A DNA stretch of 64,000 bases from Candidatus Nomurabacteria bacterium (GCA_963834935.1 CAWIDS010000001.1:236499-300498), one strand, 5' to 3'. Positions 9,687 to 19,920 are shown, numbered from the stretch's first letter. The notes: generated by a model not told the origin, from the letters alone. Made by a program: numbers and translations.

Positions 9687-10766
9687 TTAATAGAGCTTAG
9701 GAAGGGCTACCCCTATTGATGAAGCAAAATTAAGGGCGTCTTCGGCTTTTATTGGTGGGATGTATTCGTCGAAGGAAGCCACATTCGTCCAGACATTGCC
9801 GATATCAGTCTCGACTTTCATATTCTGGCTTATGAATTCCTTGAAGCCGGTGATCGTTGCCCCCCTTCCGCAAAGTAGAATCTTCCTCACTTCATCCGCT
9901 GCCTTTCCATCGCTGCTTTTGTGGGTATGCCAATACACGTATACTTTTTCTATCTCCTGGCGGAAAGCCGAAGCGGTACCCATCAAGGCGTTGAGCACTT
10001 CCTCATTTTCCTTGCTTCTGGTGAAGCCCTTCTCTTTTTTCATTTTTTCAGCTGCCTCTTCGGAAAGAGCGAATTGCTTCATCAATGCAGCAGTGAAATC
10101 CCCGCTCCCGATAGGGATAGTCGAAGAAAACTGCACGCTTCCCTGGCTGACGATGAAGAATCCTGTCCTTTTCTGGTTGATGTTCACTATGAGATACGTT
10201 CCAAGATCGTCTTTCTTTATTAAGGCTTTTGAAATAGCCTGCGCCTCAATGAGGAACGAGAGTGGCACCAGTCCGCATTCCTTGAGAAGCGATATATAGC
10301 CCTCAATGACCGTTCGCGGAAGGACAGTCACCATCACGCTGGCGCGTCCGTTGCTGATGCTGCTGCTTATGATGCGATAATCGAAGATCGCCTCGGCGCC
10401 GGAAAGCGGCACATTCTCTTCCAGATTGAATTCGATGACATTTCTCATCTTCTCGTCTGTCTCTATCTCGATTTCGGTCTTGAAAAGGTAAGCTTTTTCC
10501 TCAGGAATAGAAGCTTCGACATAATCGAGATTGAATTGTTTCTTCCACCGCTTCAAGGTCTCCTTCACCTCGGCATTGTCGCCCTCCCCGACCAAGAAAG
10601 GAGTGGTGAAATGGCTCTCAGCAAAGCGGCCGACCTTCAGCGAGTCGTTCCCTTTTACGATCTCAATGAATCTCATCGAATAAGAAGAGATGTCGATGCC
10701 GACGCAAGGCATTTCGAGGAATTTAGGCGTCGGGAAATATCTGAAAAAGGTTTTTGCCCGGAACAT
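9687..10766 (-). CDS. pilM: PilM type IV pilus assembly protein (actin-like fold)
   Basis: VGIDIS, ILLCGRGA, FASSIGVAL. Confidence 0.85.
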   Translation of the reverse strand: MFRAKTFFRYFPTPKFLEMPCVGIDISSYSMRFIEIVKGNDSLKVGRFAESHFTTPFLVGEGDNAEVKETLKRWKKQFNLDYVEASIPEEKAYLFKTEIEIETDEKMRNVIEFNLEENVPLSGAEAIFDYRIISSSISNGRASVMVTVLPRTVIEGYISLLKECGLVPLSFLIEAQAISKALIKKDDLGTYLIVNINQKRTGFFIVSQGSVQFSSTIPIGSGDFTAALMKQFALSEEAAEKMKKEKGFTRSKENEEVLNALMGTASAFRQEIEKVYVYWHTHKSSDGKAADEVRKILLCGRGATITGFKEFISQNMKVETDIGNVWTNVASFDEYIPPIKAEDALNFASSIGVALPKLY

Positions 10767-10786
10767 ATTGGCCTAATTGTATCACA

Positions 10787-11122
10787 TCAGACAAGGCGCG
10801 CGCCATTTGAAATGGGAGACGACGGTTCTATGAAAGAGAAGCCTTCCTGATCGTCGCTTGCCACCATGATCATGCCGTTGCTTTCCACGCCGCGTATCAT
10901 CCGGGGCTCGAGATTGGTGACGAAGGGGAATTTCTTGCCGATAAGGTCTGCCGGCGTGGCGACGCGATGAGCGATGCCCGAGACGATAGTGCGAACTTCC
11001 TGTTCGCCGAAATCCACCGCAAGCTTGATGAGCTTGTCGGTATCCTCTATCTTCTCCGCCGACTTTATCTCGCCAATCTTAACCTCTATTTTCTTGAAAT
11101 ATTCGAAGGATATTTTTTCCAT
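10787..11122 (-). CDS. tRNA-binding protein (Trbp111/CsaA/MetRS C-terminal-like)
   Basis: DKLIKLAVDFG...RTIVSGI...NLEPRMIRGVESNGM. Confidence 0.88.
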   Translation of the reverse strand: MEKISFEYFKKIEVKIGEIKSAEKIEDTDKLIKLAVDFGEQEVRTIVSGIAHRVATPADLIGKKFPFVTNLEPRMIRGVESNGMIMVASDDQEGFSFIEPSSPISNGARLV

Positions 11123-11129
11123 GACGCTA

Positions 11130-11552
11130 TTATATATTATTTCCTCCATTTTCGTTGCTTTTCTTCCTATCCAGAAAGCTCTGAAGGATGATAGCGGCAG
11201 CAGAAGCATGGGTTTTCTCTCCCCCTCCTTGGATATGGCGCGCTTCGACGGAGGTCATGAATTCCGGCTCGAAATGGACCTCTAGCCATAATTGCTTGCT
11301 GATTTTTTCCGCTAACGCTCGGGCGTCTTCCATGATGTGATTGTCTTTGCCTTGGAAATCCTTTGACTCCCCCATCACTACTTCCCCGACTTTTTTTTCG
11401 AGGCAGATCTTCTTTATTTCATCAATGAGAGCGGGGTGGTCAAACCTTGAATTATTGTCGAGATGGGCATACGGAAAAGCCATCGTTCCGCTCTCGTCGG
11501 AAAGAGAAATACCGATATGTTTCTTACCGTAATCGATGCCGAGATATCTCAT
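11130..11552 (-). CDS. ruvX: RuvX/YqgF pre-16S rRNA nuclease
   Basis: LGIDYGKKHIGISLSD...EFMTS...AAAIILQSFLD. Confidence 0.9.
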   Translation of the reverse strand: MRYLGIDYGKKHIGISLSDESGTMAFPYAHLDNNSRFDHPALIDEIKKICLEKKVGEVVMGESKDFQGKDNHIMEDARALAEKISKQLWLEVHFEPEFMTSVEARHIQGGGEKTHASAAAIILQSFLDRKKSNENGGNNI

Positions 11553-11608
11553 GAAGCGAGTCTATCAGAAAATTGTCCAATGAGGTATTTTCTGCTAGGA
11601 TGCTCTGC

Positions 11609-11695
11609 GGAGAGGTGCCAGAGCGGTCGAATGGAACAGTCTTGAAAACTGTCAGGCTCGAAAGGGTCTCGAGGGTTCGAATCCCTCCCTCTCCG
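11609..11695 (+). tRNA. tRNA-Ser(TGA)
   Basis: Stem acagt/actgt, loop CT-TGA-AA, long variable arm, G73. Confidence 0.95.
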
Positions 11696-11850
11696 CCTTG
11701 ACAACTTAGTATCGGTGTGACCTAATTACATATGATGTATGGGCGACCCGATTGCTTAGTTGAAAAACAAAAAACTCTCATTTTGAGAGTTTTTTGTTTA
11801 TTCTAGGTATATAAGTTGAATGTTCAAACTTTTGATACAATTAATTACCA

Positions 11851-12438
11851 ATGACATCAGCAATACTTTTTTCGATTATAAAATATAAATATCTTGTCCT
11901 TTTCCCTATCTTGGTAGTTGAAGGGCCAATTGCAACTTTAATATCTGGTTTTTTAGCATCTCCAAATATTCATATTTTTAATATATATTTTTTGTATTTT
12001 TTCGTAATATTTTCTGATATATGTGGAGATAACATGTATTATTGGATTGGAAGATTAACAGGAAATAAAATTATTGAAAAATTTAAAATCTGGAGGAAAA
12101 AAGAGACCGATTACGAATATGCTCTTAAAGAATATTTTAATAATAATGGACGTCTCACGATTATTCTTGGAAAAATCAGTCACGGTTTCGGTTGGCCTTC
12201 TATGGTTGCTGCAGGTGCAGCCAGAATGTCCTATTACAAATTTAATTTTTATTGTTTTATTACGAGTATTTTTAAATCAGCAGTACTTTTATTTATCGGA
12301 TATTACTACGGCAAAGCATATATTTCGATGACTAAATATTTAGGAGAATTTGGTGCACTAACTTCAACTATACTAATAATTGGTATAGTTGTTTTTATTT
12401 TTAGGAAATATGCTTTTTTTAAAAAAGATTTAAATTAA
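11851..12438 (+). CDS. DedA/VTT family membrane protein
   Basis: EGP...GFL...GDNMYYWIGR...AAGAARMSY. Confidence 0.88.
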   Translation: MTSAILFSIIKYKYLVLFPILVVEGPIATLISGFLASPNIHIFNIYFLYFFVIFSDICGDNMYYWIGRLTGNKIIEKFKIWRKKETDYEYALKEYFNNNGRLTIILGKISHGFGWPSMVAAGAARMSYYKFNFYCFITSIFKSAVLLFIGYYYGKAYISMTKYLGEFGALTSTILIIGIVVFIFRKYAFFKKDLN

Positions 12439-12456
12439 CTAAAGAAAAAAGTTACT

Positions 12457-13203
12457 TTATACCCAACCTCCGTTTACTTGCCATTTTTTCATCCATTCAT
12501 GAGGAAAGGCTTCCGCATCACCACTTTCGATAGCCTGTAGAATAGTTTCAGCGACAACTTTAGCAGAATCTGGAGGTGGTATTTTCCCATCACCTTTTGG
12601 AATTTCTCTGTCTGGTCCGGCATTTAAGGTGTCTTTATAAAAATTTGTTGCAGTTATATATGGATACACAACACTCACTATAATGTTGTCTTTTTTCAAC
12701 TCTTCTCGAGCAACTAAACTAAATGTTGCTAGAGCACGTTTAGAAGCTACATAGGTGCTCATACGAGGAAAGGGTTGCATAAAAACTGTACCGGAACTTA
12801 TATTTACAATTGATCCACCTCCTTGCTTTCGCATTATAGGAGTAACTTCTTGCATTAATGTTACAGGAGTGAGAACGTTAAGTTCAAAAATTTCTCGTAT
12901 ATTATTGGTCTCGATTTGCTCAATTGAAGAAGAATAATTTCTGCCAGCGTTATTGATAAGGATATCTATTTTTCTAAAATGATTTATTACTTTTTTAATC
13001 ATTTCTCTTGCTTCGTTCTCATTACGTAAATCGGCTGCAATAGGTATCGATTCAGGTATATCTTTTGCCAGTACATCTAATTCATCTTGAGATTGTGCAA
13101 TCATTACAACTTTTGCACCTTTTTGTGCTAGAAGTTTTGCTGTTGCAAGACCTATTCCAGAAGAAGCACCTGTGACAACTGCAATTTTTTCTTGTAGGTC
13201 CAT
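12457..13203 (-). CDS. SDR oxidoreductase
   Basis: TGASSGIG, NNAG, YVASK. Confidence 0.93.
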   Translation of the reverse strand: MDLQEKIAVVTGASSGIGLATAKLLAQKGAKVVMIAQSQDELDVLAKDIPESIPIAADLRNENEAREMIKKVINHFRKIDILINNAGRNYSSSIEQIETNNIREIFELNVLTPVTLMQEVTPIMRKQGGGSIVNISSGTVFMQPFPRMSTYVASKRALATFSLVAREELKKDNIIVSVVYPYITATNFYKDTLNAGPDREIPKGDGKIPPPDSAKVVAETILQAIESGDAEAFPHEWMKKWQVNGGWV

Positions 13204-13242
13204 CTGTTTTTATAAAGATAATCTTAGGTTATGAATAATCGA

Positions 13243-14214
13243 CTACAACTTAAATAATTTCTCAGCATTACCATGAGCAATCTTTTCTCTATCCGCAGGA
13301 CTAATTGGTAACTTATCCAGAAACTCTTTTGCTTCTTGCATTGATGCATATGGATAATCGGCAGAAAACATAATTCGGTCTACACCAACCTGAAGCATTA
13401 AATCAATAAAAGTTGGAGTGAAATTAAAACCACTAAAAGTGTAATGAATATTTTCTCTAAGATAATAACTAACTGGGTGTTTGAGTTTTGTCATTTCAGG
13501 TGGCATGTTATCAACTCTGTTTAACATAAAAGGTAAAGATTCCCCAAGATGACCAATGACAATCTGTAGTTTTGGATATTTATCAAAAACACCCCCAAGA
13601 ATCAGTCGGAGAACATGAAGGGCAGTTTCAATATGCCAACCCCAGCCAGCGTTGGCAAACATATAGGACACATTAGGCGCAAAACCTTTGTAGTAGGTAT
13701 CTACTACAGCTTTTGGAGGTTGTGTAGGGTGAAGATATATTGGTACACCGAGAGCTTCTGCTTTTTCAAAAATTGGCCAGAAGAATTTATCGTCTAAATA
13801 GCGACCTTGAACATGTCCGTTAATTACGGCTCCTTTGAAATCATGATCGTAAACCATCCTTTCTAATTCATCTGCTGCTTTTTCTGGAGATATGGTTGGT
13901 ATTGTTGCGAAGGCGACAAAACGCGTCGGATTTTTCTTCACTGCATCAACTAAAAAATCATTAGATTCACGAGCAACTTTTATCGCTTCTTTTTCCTCAA
14001 GTTGTTCAACCCCAGGGGATGTGAGAGACAAGATTTGCATATCTATACCAGCTTTATCCATATCTGAAATTCTTCTTTTGTCTACATCAATTAATTGTTC
14101 AAGTAAATTTGCACGAGGACCTGTAAAATTTTTTGCATGTTCCTTTAATCCTTTGCCCGGACCTTCGATAAAAGATGGGGAAGCATAATGTTCTTCAAGA
14201 GTAATTGTTTTCAT
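13243..14214 (-). CDS. Amidohydrolase_2 family protein (aromatic acid decarboxylase-like)
   Basis: TLEEH, IYLHP, GHLGE, FSADYPY. Confidence 0.88.
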   Translation of the reverse strand: MKTITLEEHYASPSFIEGPGKGLKEHAKNFTGPRANLLEQLIDVDKRRISDMDKAGIDMQILSLTSPGVEQLEEKEAIKVARESNDFLVDAVKKNPTRFVAFATIPTISPEKAADELERMVYDHDFKGAVINGHVQGRYLDDKFFWPIFEKAEALGVPIYLHPTQPPKAVVDTYYKGFAPNVSYMFANAGWGWHIETALHVLRLILGGVFDKYPKLQIVIGHLGESLPFMLNRVDNMPPEMTKLKHPVSYYLRENIHYTFSGFNFTPTFIDLMLQVGVDRIMFSADYPYASMQEAKEFLDKLPISPADREKIAHGNAEKLFKL

Positions 14215-14263
14215 ATAAATATTATAACTCAAATTTAATGAAGATTTCTATTCCAAGTAAAAA

Positions 14264-14842
14264 TTAATCAGCTAACAAATCTAATATTTCTTTTGTTTTC
14301 CTCACTAAACCGATACGTGAAAAAATCTTTGAAATTGTGGACTGATGTTCTTCTGCTGACATCGCTGACATAGCATCTTCAATAAAGATTTGATTGTAAC
14401 CGTATTCATAAGCAAATCGAGCAGTACTTTCAACGCCGATATTTGTTGAGATTCCACACAAAACAATTGTATCTATTTTACGGCGTCGTAATTGGAGGTC
14501 GAGCTCTGTACCATAAAAAGCTCCCCATTGATGTTTAGTTATTATAAAATCTCCCGGTTCTGGTCCCAATTCAGAAACGATATCTGCCCAACCAGCTTTA
14601 GGTGTTTGTCTCCATGCTGGTGTATCAGTAATTGGTTGTAATGAGTCTTTTCCGTCCGGAGAAGGAGTAACTCTCACCAAAAAAACAGGTATATTGTTTT
14701 TACGAAAAGATTTTAACAACTGGACAGTATTTTCAATAACTTCTTTCGTTGTGTAAGGATGTGTTTCAAAAGAAGCGACTCCCTTTTGCAGATCAATAAC
14801 GACTATAACAGTTTTTGACTTATCAATTTGGATGTTGTTCAT
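14264..14842 (-). CDS. Isochorismatase-family cysteine hydrolase (YecD-like)
   Basis: IDLQKG, TKHQWGAFYGTELD, GISTNIGVESTAR. Confidence 0.88.
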   Translation of the reverse strand: MNNIQIDKSKTVIVVIDLQKGVASFETHPYTTKEVIENTVQLLKSFRKNNIPVFLVRVTPSPDGKDSLQPITDTPAWRQTPKAGWADIVSELGPEPGDFIITKHQWGAFYGTELDLQLRRRKIDTIVLCGISTNIGVESTARFAYEYGYNQIFIEDAMSAMSAEEHQSTISKIFSRIGLVRKTKEILDLLAD

Positions 14843-14915
14843 AATTGTAATATTATCATTTTTAGATAAAAACCCCTTTCGGGGTGTTTTAAATTAAAGT
14901 CTCATAAACTTGACT

Positions 14916-15110
14916 CTACTTTTTATTTTCTGGCATTTTTTTGAGTATTTCTCTCATTTTGCCGATAAACTCTAACTCTGCCTTTAGAATTTTTTCTTTT
15001 TTCTCTAGCATGGCCAATTTAAACTCTTTTTTCATTGGTCCGTGCATATGGTGACAATGTCCATGTTCTTCGTGTCCTTCTCCACCTTCATAGTTTTCGT
15101 CGTGTATCAT
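14916..15110 (-). CDS. Small His-rich protein
   Basis: GHEEHGHCHHMHG followed by a predicted coiled coil. Confidence 0.5.
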   Translation of the reverse strand: MIHDENYEGGEGHEEHGHCHHMHGPMKKEFKLAMLEKKEKILKAELEFIGKMREILKKMPENKK

Positions 15111-15194
15111 AATTTTATTTTAAATATTAATTTATAACTCGACTTTTATGTTCGTAATTATTAATACGTTCACGAAGACAGAAACGGTGCTAAT

Positions 15195-16196
15195 TTAAAA
15201 TCTATTTCCAAAAAAGTTTTTACTAAATTTAAATTGTATTCTGGAAAACTGTCCTCCAAATTGATTCTTGAAATCTCTTTGTTCTCTATTTTTGTTTTGA
15301 ATTTTAAAATTATAACCTTGTACTTTAGCACCACCTCTTTTGAAGGTTCTTCTTGTAAAACCATTCCATGAAGAATTTCCTGATGAAGCTGGAGTATTAC
15401 TTGATCTTGTTACAGTAAAACTAGCTTCGTCATTTCCTAAAGATGAAGGTGAAGAAACGACTTGATTTGATGAATTTATCATTGTAATAGTTGAAGCCCC
15501 TAACTGTCCGAGATTAAGACTTGTTCCATTCTGTGTAGCGTAAGCTCCTGTAAACTGTACTGAATTAAAATTATCTAAAGGTATAAAAGAGTTTGAGTTT
15601 GCATCTGTTGGCATTTCTTCAATCCACTCTGCTGATGAGTGTGATGATGTGTAATTAACTGTAGTTGAATAATTTTGTCCATTTGTATTATCTTTAAAAG
15701 AAATATTCCACACATTAGTTGATGTTTCATTAATTGAAACACTTATTGAATCTCCTGGATTTACTGTAACGGGTATTGTTTGATTTCCTTGTGGCAATAA
15801 TTCAAACCACGCCTGATACACATTCTGACCGTTGTAATTTTCTATATTTTGGGTACCAACCTGTATAAGATCATTGCTATTTATTCCCCCAATCCCAACC
15901 CAAGTTGCATCCGCAGACATTGTCTGACTTGTCTGCACGCTTGGTATAACCCAGCTTCCAGAAACTGATGTGTAAGTACCATTTGTTGAAGTATATCCAG
16001 CCCAATTTGAAGAATAACCAGAACCAGCCGACAAATTTACAGTTGGATTATTTATATTAGATGAAAAAACAGGAAATATTTGGTTTGAAGTTGAAGCAGA
16101 GGTATTTTGTGAAAAAACCAAAAAACTAGCCACCATAAAAACTGGAATAAGAAAACTTTTTAATTTTTTAAACGAAAAATTGACTCTTTTTTGCAT
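15195..16196 (-). CDS. Secreted G1-family glutamic peptidase (Peptidase_A4/eqolisin)
   Basis: Signal peptide; SSNWAGY, WVGIGG, LIQVGT (Gln) and SAEWIEE (Glu). Confidence 0.88.
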   Translation of the reverse strand: MQKRVNFSFKKLKSFLIPVFMVASFLVFSQNTSASTSNQIFPVFSSNINNPTVNLSAGSGYSSNWAGYTSTNGTYTSVSGSWVIPSVQTSQTMSADATWVGIGGINSNDLIQVGTQNIENYNGQNVYQAWFELLPQGNQTIPVTVNPGDSISVSINETSTNVWNISFKDNTNGQNYSTTVNYTSSHSSAEWIEEMPTDANSNSFIPLDNFNSVQFTGAYATQNGTSLNLGQLGASTITMINSSNQVVSSPSSLGNDEASFTVTRSSNTPASSGNSSWNGFTRRTFKRGGAKVQGYNFKIQNKNREQRDFKNQFGGQFSRIQFKFSKNFFGNRF

Positions 16197-16214
16197 AGTC
16201 TGTATCTAGTCATA

Positions 16215-16263
16215 CGATAATACAAACAAAAAAGTTTCATTAACTTTTTTGTTTGTATTATCG
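16215..16263. terminator. Perfect 22-bp AT-rich inverted repeat
   Basis: cgataatacaaacaaaaaagtt-tcatt-aacttttttgtttgtattatcg. Confidence 0.55.
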
Positions 16264-16273
16264 AATTTCTTAA

Positions 16274-17050
16274 CTAGATAATTACTTTTGGATACATCCA
16301 TGCACTAATTATTGATATAACAAATGTTACGATAGCAAGTATACATATATCAGGACCCACCCCGGAAAAACTATTTGTGAGCATCAAAGTTCTAAGACCA
16401 TCAACCATATAACTTAAAGGATTTATAGTTGCAATAACACGGAGCCAATCTGGCATAATCGAAATTGGATAAATTGCATTCGAGGCAAAGAAAAGAGGAA
16501 GAGTTATAACTTGTCCAATACCCATGAACCTTTCCCGAGTTTTTACAATAGAAGCAATAATCATCGATAAACCAGTGAAAAAACCTGCTCCAAGCATGAC
16601 AATTAAAATAACTCCTAAAATAGACAGGATGGTAATATTCAGTTGTATACCAATTATTAAGGCAAATAAAAAAACAATTAGTGCCTGACTAAGACCACGA
16701 ATCCCAGCTGAAAGCATTTTACCTAAAACTAATGCCAAACGAGGTGTTGGAGTCACCAGCATTTTTTGGAGTATTCCTGTATCACGATCCATAATAATAT
16801 AAAGACCATAAAAAATAGCGACAAACACTACAGATTGAGTAAGAATTCCAGGAGCAATAAATTGCAAATAAGTTAGTCCAGGTGTTGGTATTGCTCTCAC
16901 TTTACTTAAGGCTTCACCAAAAATGCCCAGCCAGAGTATTGGTTGTACTGCACGAGAAATAAGTTCAGTTGGATCATGCAAAAGTTTACGAGTTTCCATC
17001 TCTGCCAAAATATAAGATTTTTTAATTGTTTGAGAAATATAATGAAACAT
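16274..17050 (-). CDS. ABC-2 type exporter permease (DrrB-like)
   Basis: FIAPGIL, DRDTG...MLVTP, FFASNAIYP, NPLSYMVDGLR. Confidence 0.9.
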   Translation of the reverse strand: MFHYISQTIKKSYILAEMETRKLLHDPTELISRAVQPILWLGIFGEALSKVRAIPTPGLTYLQFIAPGILTQSVVFVAIFYGLYIIMDRDTGILQKMLVTPTPRLALVLGKMLSAGIRGLSQALIVFLFALIIGIQLNITILSILGVILIVMLGAGFFTGLSMIIASIVKTRERFMGIGQVITLPLFFASNAIYPISIMPDWLRVIATINPLSYMVDGLRTLMLTNSFSGVGPDICILAIVTFVISIISAWMYPKVII

Positions 17051-17065
17051 AATTTTTTATTTAAA

Positions 17066-17884
17066 TTACCCTAATCTACTCTCAGTCTTTCTTGCTCTCC
17101 GAATTTCTCGAAAATTTCCTCTATCTTGAAGTTTATTTCCTGTAAAGAAAATAAAAGCGTCTTCAAGATCTGCCTCTGGCTTACCAGTTTTTGATTTTAT
17201 TTCTTCTGGAGTTCCAATTACAGCAATTTTCCCTTCATTGATAATAGCAACTCGATCACTTACTTCGTCGGCTTCTTCCATATTATGTGTAGAAAAAAAG
17301 ATTGTAGTTCCCATAGTGTCTCGTAATTTAATAAGGTGATCCCAAACACTTCTCTGAGCCACAGGGTCTAAACCCGTAGTAGGTTCATCAAGAAAAAGAA
17401 CTTTTGGATGATGAAGCATTGCTTGTCCTATTTCCATTTTACGAATCATCCCACCAGAAAATGTTCGAACCAAAGCATGGGCGTGATCCTGTAGATTTAG
17501 AAACAAAAGAATTTCATTAATACGCTTTATCCTTTCAGCTTTTGGAACGATGTCATAAAGACGAGCCATCAGCATCAAGTTTTCGTATGCAGTCAAAGTT
17601 CCATCTACAGAAATCATTTGTGGTACATACCCAATAGTCTCACGAACTCTTGAGGAATTGTGAACAATATCATGTCCATCAATAACAGCTTTACCGCTTG
17701 TTGGTTTAAGTAAAGTTATTAGCATTTTAATTGTTGTACTTTTTCCCGCTCCGTTTGGACCGAGAAATCCAAAAATCTCTCCCTGACTCACATTAAATGA
17801 AATGTTATCTACCGCAGCAAAATCTTTAAATTTTTTTGTAAGATTTACTACTCCAATTAGTTTTTGATCCGGTTGTGATGACAT
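17066..17884 (-). CDS. ABC exporter ATPase (DrrA-like)
   Basis: GPNGAGKST, FSGGM, LFLDEPTTGLD. Confidence 0.93.
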   Translation of the reverse strand: MSSQPDQKLIGVVNLTKKFKDFAAVDNISFNVSQGEIFGFLGPNGAGKSTTIKMLITLLKPTSGKAVIDGHDIVHNSSRVRETIGYVPQMISVDGTLTAYENLMLMARLYDIVPKAERIKRINEILLFLNLQDHAHALVRTFSGGMIRKMEIGQAMLHHPKVLFLDEPTTGLDPVAQRSVWDHLIKLRDTMGTTIFFSTHNMEEADEVSDRVAIINEGKIAVIGTPEEIKSKTGKPEADLEDAFIFFTGNKLQDRGNFREIRRARKTESRLG

Positions 17885-18044
17885 AAAATTAATAATTTTT
17901 AGGGAACTATATACAATGTTACCCTAGATTATTTTAATGCTGGGGTGTTTTGGGTAATAAGTGCTATGTTGCTATCAATATTAACGAGATAAAGTTTAAT
18001 CTTAACCAGTTCGGAAAGTATAAGTATCAGTATTATTATATAAA

Positions 18045-18221
18045 CTACGTGTAGCCATTTTTGTCCTGTTGTCATTTTGTTTTTTTCTTAACTTTTAATT
18101 TCTTCTTGATAGTCTTCTCGTCTTTGTACTTCGAGCCTCCAATAGCCTTTAGCACCTCGTCAAAAGTTGCTTCGACTACTTTGTGAATTTTTACCTTTCT
18201 TCCTCTTGTTTCTTTTTTCAT
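18045..18221 (-). CDS. Small basic protein coupled to the IS1595 transposase
   Basis: ATGA overlap with the transposase stop; MKKETRGRKVKIHKVVEATFDEVLKAI, 58 aa. Confidence 0.5.
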
Positions 18222-19135
18222 GCCGTGAGTTTCTTGTAAGGCATTCTAGCATTACTTGAAACCTTTTGCACTACCTTCGAGAACAAATCCTGCATATCAA
18301 GGTCTCGGTTGTTGAAACGGAAGGCGAACTCGTCAACGTATCGCTGTAGATGTTTCTTGCTCATGGTATGATAGATGCCGTGATAGCCTCTCTTGAACAA
18401 AGCCCAAAAGCTCTCTGCGGTATTTGAGTGAATATCGCCTCGAACATACTCGTACTTTCCATGCTTCACTACTCCGTGATTGAAATGCTTGTTGAGCTTT
18501 GAATAAGAAAGAAAATCATCAGTATAGACGTTGCTTCCTTTCTCCACATTAGCGATGATATGTCCTTCAACGGTAGCGACTTTGACATCAGGAATGACTG
18601 TTGTCCTGACTTCTCCACCTCGCTGAAACAAACCCATGACAGCGGTCTTGGTTGTCGTACTTCTTCCTTGCGTGTGTTTCGTTCGCTTGTTGTAGTGTTT
18701 GTTCTTCTCCTTGCCTCCTGTATAGGTTTCGTCTACCTCTACCGTTCCAAAGAGCTTGCCATTATTTTGCTTTAAAGACTCACGGATGCGCATATCCATG
18801 TACCAAGCGGTCTTTTGAGACACGCCGACCTGTTGTGCAAGCTCAATGGACGATATACCTTTCTTTCGTGTTGTAAGGAGATAGATAGCGATAAACCACT
18901 TTTGAATAGGTAGTTTGCTTTCTCCAAAAAGCGTGCCTGTCTTTATCGTGAAATCTTGTCGGCATGAATGACATCGGTAACGCTTGCCGTCTGCAAAGCG
19001 CATAATCTTGTCATGTTTGCAGTGGGGACAGTATTCGCCTTCCTTGAAGCGGATTAGCTCGAAATACTTTCGGCAAGTGTCCTCGTCCTTGAAGAAGTTT
19101 ATAAATTCTGCTAGGGTTTTGAAATCGTTTTTCAT
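18218..19135 (-). mobile_element. IS1595-family (ISXO2-like) transposase
   Basis: CPHC..CHSC zinc ribbon, VEVDETY, YTDD, NTAESFW, KHLQRYVDEF. Weak AT-rich inverted ends near 18031 and 19185. Confidence 0.92.
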
Positions 19136-19302
19136 ACCCTTATCTTATACCCATTGATTGGGGTTGTCAAGTTATATAAATAATATGATACACCTATACA
19201 TAGAAGTCAATTAAATACTAATCCACACAAAAATAAAAAGTATGCTTGACACAAGATAGTGAATATAATACAATAAAATAGAAGTTTAGAAAGTCAAGTC
19301 AG

Positions 19303-19386
19303 TCCCCCCGACGAGAGTCGGACTCGTATACCCGGCAAGGTGTCCGTTTACAAAACGGATGCGTCTACCAGTTCCGCCACAGGGGG
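19303..19386 (-). tRNA. Class II (variable-arm) tRNA with TGT anticodon; nominally Thr, but with a Leu-like body
   Basis: Acceptor ccccctg/cgggggg, A73; D-arm GCGGAACTGGTAGACGC; stem tccgt/acgga with loop TT-TGT-AA; 15-nt variable region; T-arm acgag-tccgact-ctcgt. Confidence 0.8.
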
Positions 19387-19759
19387 ACAGATTTAACTTC
19401 CTAATTTCTTGAAATGTCGCCAGTAGGAGGAAATATCACAGCAGACATAATCAATTGATTGGGCGAGGAAGGTGTACACCGCCTCTAGGATTTGTATGAG
19501 AGTCATTAGCTCTCGCTCCATAATTATTCTTAGTGCTTCCAGCCTGCTTGTAATATCGCCCCCTACTTGGGACATTTCATCATTCAATTTTCAATAAACT
19601 AACCAACCCCCTGATCACTTGTGACAGGGGGATTGGTTCTTAATCGATACATGCCCTTTTTACCCCGCAGTCAGTCTTTTGTATCGGACCTATGCGGAAA
19701 CCTATATTTTCCAACGTCTTTTTAGTTCAAATCCCTGAGACCCTCGGTATTTAAAGTAC

Positions 19760-19788
19760 TTGACATAAGCTATATATGGGTGTATAAT
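19760..19788 (+). promoter_or_regulatory. Consensus sigma70 promoter of the DGR target gene
   Basis: TTGACA-N17-TATAAT exact match; boxA-like gttctttga at 19803. Confidence 0.8.
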
Positions 19789-19920
19789 CTACAAGCAAGA
19801 TAGTTCTTTGAGAAGAAGCATGTTGAGACGAGCTTTTTGTGCCTGTATCGGGCTTAAAAAGCTCGTCTCAATTCTGGGACAAGACGCAACCGCTGGAGCG
19901 TATCCGGTACAATAAAGGAG

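Noticed and set aside
19303-19386. Reading this tRNA as Tyr(GTA)
   Set aside because: A GTA-centred loop breaks the tccgt/acgga stem; the stem register gives TGT.
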